A stretch of 64,000 bases of DNA, taken from the NCBI GenBank assembly GCA_964019425.1, contig OZ025781.1, forward strand, positions 620,001 through 684,000, written 5' to 3'. This document shows, piece after piece, positions 56,876 to 64,000 of this stretch. The stretch is from Flectonema sp. DT1601 (taxonomy: Eukaryota). The stretch's first letter is position 1. The number at the start of each line of letters is the position of its first letter. Under the pieces are notes generated by a model, which made no database searches, was not told the origin of the DNA, and saw nothing but the letters and a program-made list of their open reading frames with translations. The position numbers were made by a program, and so were the translations under genes.

Positions 56876-59800
56876 ATGTCCAATACAACACCAGATATTG
56901 CGATGCTCGCTGCATCATTTGAAGAGAGGTTGCAGAAAGTTACTTTGAGTATGAGAAAAACATTCTTAGAATTACCAAGAGATCACATATTATGTCAAAT
57001 GGCATGTGACGAAGCATCTGCGAAACATGTGAGTGAACTGGTAGCTGAGGCTATAGGATCAGTGTTGAGGTCTGATAGAGAACGGGAATTGATTTCCCTT
57101 CAAGACAAGGTTGGAAGGCAATCCGTTGAAATAACAACACTGACGTCGTCTTTGAATGAAACGTCACTTTTACTTGGAAGTAAAGACTCAAAACTTAGTG
57201 ATATCCATAGTCAGCTAACAGTCGAGACTAGTCTTCAGAAACAATCTGAATTGAGAATCAGCGAACTCGAAGGAAAGCTTTTAGCAAGTGAACAGTCGCT
57301 CATCCAACTGTCAGGTGACTTTAAACACGTTCAAAGTGATATCCTTAATTCTTTGAATAATGGATCGAAAATAGATGAATCATCGCAACGTTTTCAGGAA
57401 CTACAAAGAAGCTTATCGTCAATTAACCAAACCGGTCAGGCTATAGCAATGCTTCAGTTCAATCCCTCGTCAAGTCAGATATTAATACAAAATATAACTC
57501 AAGCAGCGACTCTTGGAATTGAAGCTGTTCTGCAAGCATCGACAAGTTCATCATCAAATTTCATTAAACTGCAACTTGAGCAGCAGATGTCATCGATAGC
57601 AGGTGCTGCCAACCAGTTGCTATCAACACACAAGAAATTAAAAAATTCACTTAAAGACGCGAAGAAAATTAACTTTATACTTCAGCAAGAGCAACAACAA
57701 CAAACATCATCGTTGGAGATAAAGAGATTGGCAGATGGTGGTCAGGAAGATCGAATGAGAAGAACTGAAGCAGCATTAAAACACAGAGAAAAAGACTTTA
57801 AGAATTTAGAAACTTTTTATAACAATAAAATATCCAGCATAGAAGAAAAGAACACAACTGACCTATCTCAATGGAAGGATAAATATAACGATGTTAGAAG
57901 TAAGCTGGAAACAGCTGAACGACTTCATCAACAACAAGAAGATCATTCGAAATTAGAATCGATGGTCACATCTCAGTTAAATACGTTCTTGAAATCTATG
58001 GATACGTCGGCGGTTAATCATCATCAGCAACAACAACCACAACAGCCTCAACCGTTCCTTCATTCTCTGATAAAACCAAACACATCAGATCACCACATAA
58101 CTAAAGTTCAACACCTCGAAGAATTACACCAACTGGAATCTACAATCCTGGCAGACTCCCGCCGATACATTCACCAAAAAGAACATCACTACCAAGAACG
58201 ACTTGACAAGGAGACTTTAAAGGTCGATTCTCTGAATGAAAAAATTCAAAAATTAACCTTAGACGTTGAAAAACACATCAATGAAAAACAGTTAATAGAG
58301 CAAGCAGTAGCAATGGTAAAAGGAGAGCTACAGTTAGAGACTGAAAGAAATAGAAGTTTAGCCACGCTACATGAACAACAAGAATATCAATTACGTGATA
58401 ACGCTACTAGAATAGAAGATAAAATGCAATCAGAAATATCGATTCTGAAAGAGAAATTAACGAACACGCAGGCAAACTCAAACAAAGCACTGACCAGCAC
58501 TGAACGTGAAGATATTGTATCAGCGTTGGTATCCAGCAACTTGATAACGCAGACAGACAGCCAATCATCAGACATTCGTCTTCTCATAAGAAAAGTAACA
58601 GCAAATGCCTCAAGAGATAAGAATCTGAGAGCCTCACGGATAATTCATTCTAGAGGTGTAATTAACGATAAAATAGCAAGGTTGAGATCAGCTGTTTTGG
58701 CGACTTCTACAATAGTGAACTCTCAAATAAATGAATTTTCAATAAACTTTGAGAGGCTTACAAACAGTGTCGTCACTGCTGTTGAGAGAGATCAACAAAC
58801 GAGCAGCAGTCAATGGGATGGGGAGAGATTAGTATTAGAAAGAGATAATTCCGTTCAAGTTGAAAAAAATTTGAAAAATGCAACAAAAATAAGAGTAATC
58901 CTCTCAGAGCTCACGCAATACACAGACTTACCTGATGCTCTAATTGACGGTCTTACATCTGACGAATCCGACATCCAGTTCAATTCCTACCTGCGTCAAT
59001 TTTCTCAAAATATAAGAACTAATATTACGACACTCAAAGAGTACAGTTCTCTTCAACAGATTAACAAAGAACAATCTGATAATGTTGGCACTCTTCAGTC
59101 AGCGGAATTGGTTTTACGAACGAATTTGGAATCAACTACAAATGAGTTGTCGATTCTTAAAGAAAAAAATATAGAATTAGAAAATAAAAATATCATCATG
59201 GAAGAACAACGAACTTCTTTAGATAATATCAAGTCACAACTAACCCAGGAGATATCTGACGAAAAACAATCATCAGTTTCCATTAACAAGGAGTTGTCAC
59301 AAACACAAAATCAACTCTCAGATGCGACTGCTAAGTTACAAACATCAGAAATAGATTTAAAGGCAAGTCAAGAGAAGTGTGGAAGATTAGAGACTGAGAA
59401 TGCTGTTTCAGAAAGTGAAATTACTCACTTAAAAGTTGCTATTGGAAATCTTAAAACAGATCTTGACACTTGTAAGGATCAACTACAACACCAACAATCG
59501 ACTTCAGAGATAACTACCAGACAGTCAACAGAGTCCTATAAAGAACTGCAACTTGAACTCAACCATACAAAACAAGACCTCGAATCTCAATTACGAGAAA
59601 AAGAACAAACTTATAACACGCAATTATCTCAACTGGCTGATAAAGCAGAAGAACAAGAACTGTCTCGAATTCTACCTCTGCATCAACGTATTGCTGTGTT
59701 AGAGCAGCAGATCACTAGAGAACAGCTTCGTGTCACTGAGATTGAGGGAACGACAAAAGAAACTTTTCAAAATGAAATTGAAACGCTTCGTGATGAAGTT

Positions 59801-60040
59801 TCTCGTCTTGAGCGTGAGATTATTAGATCTCAGAGAGACAAACAACAGCTTCTACAACGAATATCAGATTTAGATTCTGAACATGAGGATCATTTGGTAA
59901 ACATTCAGTCTGTTCACAAAGCAAATGTTCAGCGACTTCAATCCGAAGCAAGTTTGAATGAGAAACTAATCTCTGAGAATTCCGATAAAGACAAAGAAAT
60001 TGCCAAACTGTTATTAAAAATATCTCAAAGACAAACATAA
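56876..60040 (+). CDS. Large coiled-coil protein
   Basis: 1054-aa heptad-rich ORF; ATG follows an aaacag acceptor. Confidence 0.8.
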   Translation: MSNTTPDIAMLAASFEERLQKVTLSMRKTFLELPRDHILCQMACDEASAKHVSELVAEAIGSVLRSDRERELISLQDKVGRQSVEITTLTSSLNETSLLLGSKDSKLSDIHSQLTVETSLQKQSELRISELEGKLLASEQSLIQLSGDFKHVQSDILNSLNNGSKIDESSQRFQELQRSLSSINQTGQAIAMLQFNPSSSQILIQNITQAATLGIEAVLQASTSSSSNFIKLQLEQQMSSIAGAANQLLSTHKKLKNSLKDAKKINFILQQEQQQQTSSLEIKRLADGGQEDRMRRTEAALKHREKDFKNLETFYNNKISSIEEKNTTDLSQWKDKYNDVRSKLETAERLHQQQEDHSKLESMVTSQLNTFLKSMDTSAVNHHQQQQPQQPQPFLHSLIKPNTSDHHITKVQHLEELHQLESTILADSRRYIHQKEHHYQERLDKETLKVDSLNEKIQKLTLDVEKHINEKQLIEQAVAMVKGELQLETERNRSLATLHEQQEYQLRDNATRIEDKMQSEISILKEKLTNTQANSNKALTSTEREDIVSALVSSNLITQTDSQSSDIRLLIRKVTANASRDKNLRASRIIHSRGVINDKIARLRSAVLATSTIVNSQINEFSINFERLTNSVVTAVERDQQTSSSQWDGERLVLERDNSVQVEKNLKNATKIRVILSELTQYTDLPDALIDGLTSDESDIQFNSYLRQFSQNIRTNITTLKEYSSLQQINKEQSDNVGTLQSAELVLRTNLESTTNELSILKEKNIELENKNIIMEEQRTSLDNIKSQLTQEISDEKQSSVSINKELSQTQNQLSDATAKLQTSEIDLKASQEKCGRLETENAVSESEITHLKVAIGNLKTDLDTCKDQLQHQQSTSEITTRQSTESYKELQLELNHTKQDLESQLREKEQTYNTQLSQLADKAEEQELSRILPLHQRIAVLEQQITREQLRVTEIEGTTKETFQNEIETLRDEVSRLEREIIRSQRDKQQLLQRISDLDSEHEDHLVNIQSVHKANVQRLQSEASLNEKLISENSDKDKEIAKLLLKISQRQT

Positions 60041-60918
60041 ACGTCTTCCTCATTCATTTCTGTTTCGTTTTAACTCCCTTGATTGGGATTCTATGTTTTC
60101 CCATTATTTTATTATATTCATAAATTCACTTGTTGCTAACAGTATGTCATTCTTGACTTAGACTAAGTGTAGTTCATAGATTACCTACAAATGATTTTAT
60201 TATTTCTTTTCTTATTTTAATCTTTCTTCTCCCCTCACAGAAAGAACATAGATTACTATGAGATATCTGTTAGTTTGCCTGAGGCTGGATATGAACACGA
60301 ATGTTTTTTTTTTTTTTTAAATTTCTTTTTCACTCTCCCTCCTCCTCCTCAATAGTGTTACACATAAAGATTATTAGTTGGCATAATTGGTCCCCCGGCT
60401 AAAGTGTATACGTCGCATGGCAATCGGTATGTCCAATTTATTTTGAATGTAGATTCTATCTGCGTTCAAACAACATGTAAGGGTCAAACAATAAGCAAAC
60501 AGACAACCTGGTGCTGGAAGAGTTGGTTTCTTAGGGGCTTTGACTTCTTGGATTCCTGGAGTGGCATCACCGTTTGTGTCACAAAAAGGTAATTTTGTAG
60601 CACCTCAGATCCTAAGTGACGGAGTCTATGATATAGACTTAAAGGGAACGAATGTTGACGGAAGTAAAACATATGTCGCGATGAGAGTCCGCGGGAGTGG
60701 TACAACTTTCCAAAAAGGGAATACGTTGATAGCGAATTGAACTATCTCTGATATTTCAAAAAAAAAAAAAAAAAAAGGACAGAATTCAGTATCCATTTAG
60801 AAAGTTACACTTCAGAGTCGAGTTACCAGACTATAGTGTACTACTTATTAGTTGTTTTTGTATCTGATTATTTATCTTCAAGCCTTTTCTTTTACAAGTT
60901 ACCTACACACACATACTT

Positions 60919-62052
60919 ATGGATGATGAGCTTGAAGGCGTAGCGTTCACATCTGAAGTCCCAGATGACTTGGTTTGCGGCATCTGTAAAGATGCTGCGA
61001 TAGATCCTCAAGTAACTGAGCAATGCGGACATTTATTTTGTTTTGAATGCATAAAAAAAGCACTAAAGCACTCTCCTAGTTGTCCACTATGTCGAAAAGA
61101 AGACATCAGAATAAGAGTTGATCACAGGGCTAAGCGACAGGTTGACGCCTTGCCAGTTCAATGTGCTTATCCAAAATGTATCTGGAGAGGTGTTCACAGT
61201 GATCTTGAAGCACACAGAGAGATGTGCGTTAATAAAATCATATCATGTAACTACAAACAAGTAGGTTGTAGTATCAGAGCTACTGAAGAAGAACTTGTTA
61301 GCCATGAAAAGAATGACACAGGGCAACATATTTATCTCTTACTAAAAAAAATGCAAGCACTAGAGCAACGCAATGATCAGACTGAAGCAGAAAACAACTC
61401 AGCAAACACTACCATATCACAACTACGGAATGATGTACGTTCGACTAGAGAACAACTCCGAAAAGAAGAAGAGCTTCGGCTAACTGATAAACGGTTACAT
61501 GATCGACAGATTGAAAAACTTTATAGTGAAATGGCTTCACTCAGATCCAGCTTAAATCAAAACTCTACAACTACTAAACAAATCACAGAATGGAGGAGTG
61601 ACAGTAAACAATTCACAATAAGTAATGGTGGCTTGACAGCAACTCACTGCATCCCTGGATGGGCTACGTTATTGTGTAAAGATGCTGTTTGTAAAGGTGT
61701 TCATAATTGGAAGTTTGAAATCTCATGTTCAGGTCATGCATTCATTCCATCAACGGTAATGGTTGGCGTGACTAGTACTACTAACATATTATCAACTCAT
61801 TTGGGTAATGTGTCGTCAACATGGTGTTTTCAAGATAACGGTTTCCGTTGGGATGGTCTTCAGTGTTTCGCATACGGAGAACCCTTCACAGAACACGACA
61901 TCATTGGTATACATCTCGACTTTAACACTGGCATTCTCGAATTTTCAAAAAATGGAAAATCATTTGGTCAGGCCTTCACAGAAGTTGGAGGACTATTATA
62001 CCCGGCAGTCTCTTTATGTACTGAAGGTCACGGGATTTCAATTATTACTTAG
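60919..62052 (+). CDS. RING + TRAF-type zinc finger + coiled coil + SPRY domain E3 ligase-like protein
   Basis: CGIC...CGHLFCFEC...CPLC; CAYPKC..H...C; DIIGIHLDFNTGILEFSKNG...LYPAVSL. Confidence 0.88.
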   Translation: MDDELEGVAFTSEVPDDLVCGICKDAAIDPQVTEQCGHLFCFECIKKALKHSPSCPLCRKEDIRIRVDHRAKRQVDALPVQCAYPKCIWRGVHSDLEAHREMCVNKIISCNYKQVGCSIRATEEELVSHEKNDTGQHIYLLLKKMQALEQRNDQTEAENNSANTTISQLRNDVRSTREQLRKEEELRLTDKRLHDRQIEKLYSEMASLRSSLNQNSTTTKQITEWRSDSKQFTISNGGLTATHCIPGWATLLCKDAVCKGVHNWKFEISCSGHAFIPSTVMVGVTSTTNILSTHLGNVSSTWCFQDNGFRWDGLQCFAYGEPFTEHDIIGIHLDFNTGILEFSKNGKSFGQAFTEVGGLLYPAVSLCTEGHGISIIT

Positions 62053-62464
62053 GAGTTTTTAACATGATGGGTTTCGGCAATTCTGTTTTGGTTTTATTAA
62101 TTTATCTTTATTACTTGAAATTATATTTATCCTGGGAACTTGACATTAGTAGTTTGCTCCTTCAGTCTTTATTTATCACAAGATGTAGAGGGGAAGGGGG
62201 GAGGGGTAGATATAATTTAACTTCGGAAGTGTTTGTCTGTTTTTCTTACAAAACCTTTTCAATAAAAATAATCAGAAATGTATTTATGACAATTATTATT
62301 CTCCTTCTAACTAGTTGTTGTATAACGTACTGAGCTGGGATTTGAGGGCTTGTGTCTTAGGATTAATTAACATGGCTCTTTGGAAATAGGAAATATGATT
62401 TGAAATAGGAATTATTTTTAAAAAACTTTCTTCTACTAAAGATCTCTGTTTATTAAAAAGAAAT

Positions 62465-63655
62465 ATGCAACACCCAGACACCATATGGACTGTTTCTATA
62501 GCAGTAGCATGGATGTCATTGTTTAGCGACTACCTACTTATGACTTTGATCATTCCACTTTTTCCTATGTTGGGAGCATCGGAGATGGCGACAGGTATGC
62601 TTTTTGCCTCCAAAGCATGCATGCAAATAATCGCAGCCCCATTGTTTTCTACTATAATTGATAAGTGGGGTTTGAAATTGTTGTTCGCGGGATTGATAGT
62701 AGATGCTGTGTCTAACCTGAGTTTTGCCTTTTCAATGAATTATCACGTGTGGTTGTTTGCAAGGATAATGCAAGGAATTGCTTCTGCGGCAGTGATCCCG
62801 GCATCACTTGGTCACATTCAGAGAATGTACAACCACGACGAAGAACTACGAGCTGATGCATTTGGTACTGTCACCACAGGAATTCTAGCTGGAGTCATGA
62901 TAGGTCCTCCAATGGGAGGTATTCTATTCACAATTCATCCAGCTTTACCCTTCGTTTTGGTAACAATTATTGTTCTTATTGCTGCTGCTCTAGCATTACA
63001 CGTCATTGAACATGTGGAAGTACCTAATTCGAATCCCTCCAAAAGCACTGGAATTACTACAATGATTAAAGACAAGGACTTGTTAGTATCCTTAGGAGCT
63101 TTATTGTTTGCAAACATGGCAATTGGTGCGTTGGAAGCTACCTTTGGATTATATGGATTGGAAGCTCTTGGGTTGGGACCTTCAGCAGTTGGAATTATTT
63201 ATTTGTTTAGTACCATTCCGACTATGTTTGCTTCTAAAGCCTGCGCTCCTCTACAACGGTATTGTGGTGTCAGGTGGCATGTCGTATTCGGAGGACTAAT
63301 CATTCAAGGTGTTTCCTTTATGTTGGGACCTAAATCTAACATATTCCTTGAAATAATATCATTTATTGGTTTAGGAACTGGTATGGGTCTTATTGATGGA
63401 ACTTCACCAGAGATTAACAGCGCTATTTCTAAAGCCCGCTATGGAGGTTCGACAGCTGTTCATTCGCTGTCGATATGTGCAATACAAGTTGGGTTCATAA
63501 TCGGTCCTATTTTAGGTAATTATTTGATGAAAAATATTAACTTCTGGGGAATGTCTTTTGTTTTAGGGCTTTTCATGGTTGTGTATTCCCCAACTATGCG
63601 AAGGCTCGATAGGTTTGAAACTTCTACCAAAGAAGAGTACGAGCCACTTCTATGA
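62465..63655 (+). CDS. MFS transporter (SLC18/VMAT-like DHA1 type)
   Basis: About 12 TMs; GMLFASKACMQI; ARIMQGIASA; IGPPMGG. Confidence 0.85.
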   Translation: MQHPDTIWTVSIAVAWMSLFSDYLLMTLIIPLFPMLGASEMATGMLFASKACMQIIAAPLFSTIIDKWGLKLLFAGLIVDAVSNLSFAFSMNYHVWLFARIMQGIASAAVIPASLGHIQRMYNHDEELRADAFGTVTTGILAGVMIGPPMGGILFTIHPALPFVLVTIIVLIAAALALHVIEHVEVPNSNPSKSTGITTMIKDKDLLVSLGALLFANMAIGALEATFGLYGLEALGLGPSAVGIIYLFSTIPTMFASKACAPLQRYCGVRWHVVFGGLIIQGVSFMLGPKSNIFLEIISFIGLGTGMGLIDGTSPEINSAISKARYGGSTAVHSLSICAIQVGFIIGPILGNYLMKNINFWGMSFVLGLFMVVYSPTMRRLDRFETSTKEEYEPLL

Positions 63656-64000
63656 ATATTTTTGCTGTCATATATATCGTACAGACTTTGACACTGGGCT
63701 AACCCTAATATAAAAAAGGGAAGCCCTTTTTATTTTTTGGTATTCTAATCAGAGACTCGGTGGCGATCATGGAACCCGCCTGCAAGTTTCTCAGTCCGTT
63801 CTGCAACCAAACACTCGTTACTTGCTATTTTTTGTTTATGTTTTGTCGTTTTTTTTTGGTTGTTCTTTTTTGTGTTTTTCGAAAAAAAAAAAAAAAAAAA
63901 AAAAAAAAACTTTTTGATTCTTTTTAAAGCATAATGCAACTCGGATTGACACGCGATGCTTCCACCGTGTTGGAAGGAATCGTGTGGTATTATCACCGCA

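Noticed and set aside
63699..63708. Telomere-like ctaaccctaa
   Set aside because: Fewer than two full units; not an array.

Overview
AT-rich eukaryotic (protist) DNA. About 26 credible protein-coding genes all lie on the + strand. Many are preceded by an AG acceptor just upstream of the ATG, and six genes contain short (65-76 nt) GT-AG introns. This layout suggests euglenozoan-type (possibly diplonemid) directional gene clusters with trans-splicing (inference). Genes include an MMPL/RND transporter, a ubiquitin-like protein lacking the diglycine, a centrin/calmodulin-like protein, a ZnF-PARP-like protein, an ABCC transporter, a degenerate kinesin, a DHHC palmitoyltransferase, a C1-lipase, SET, CEP164-type WW, tepsin-like polyQ, F-type lectin, Nop52/RRP1, a pseudo-metallophosphoesterase, a K+ channel, DWNN-RING, type II PI4K, RING-SPRY and an MFS transporter. 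The most striking structure is a ~3.9-kb cassette (48879-52763). Near-identical ~341-bp direct repeats, which contain a hairpin and a possible pseudoknot, enclose a ubiquitin-like + LRR gene. That gene is built from 75-bp tandem units with an almost invariant 34-nt core and combinatorially shuffled variable codons. Also present are a 2.1-kb TIR transposon with a decayed Sola-like transposase, two MITE-like elements, and several co-oriented dispersed hairpin-forming repeat families in the long intergenic spacers. All family assignments come from motifs read by eye; no searches were run.
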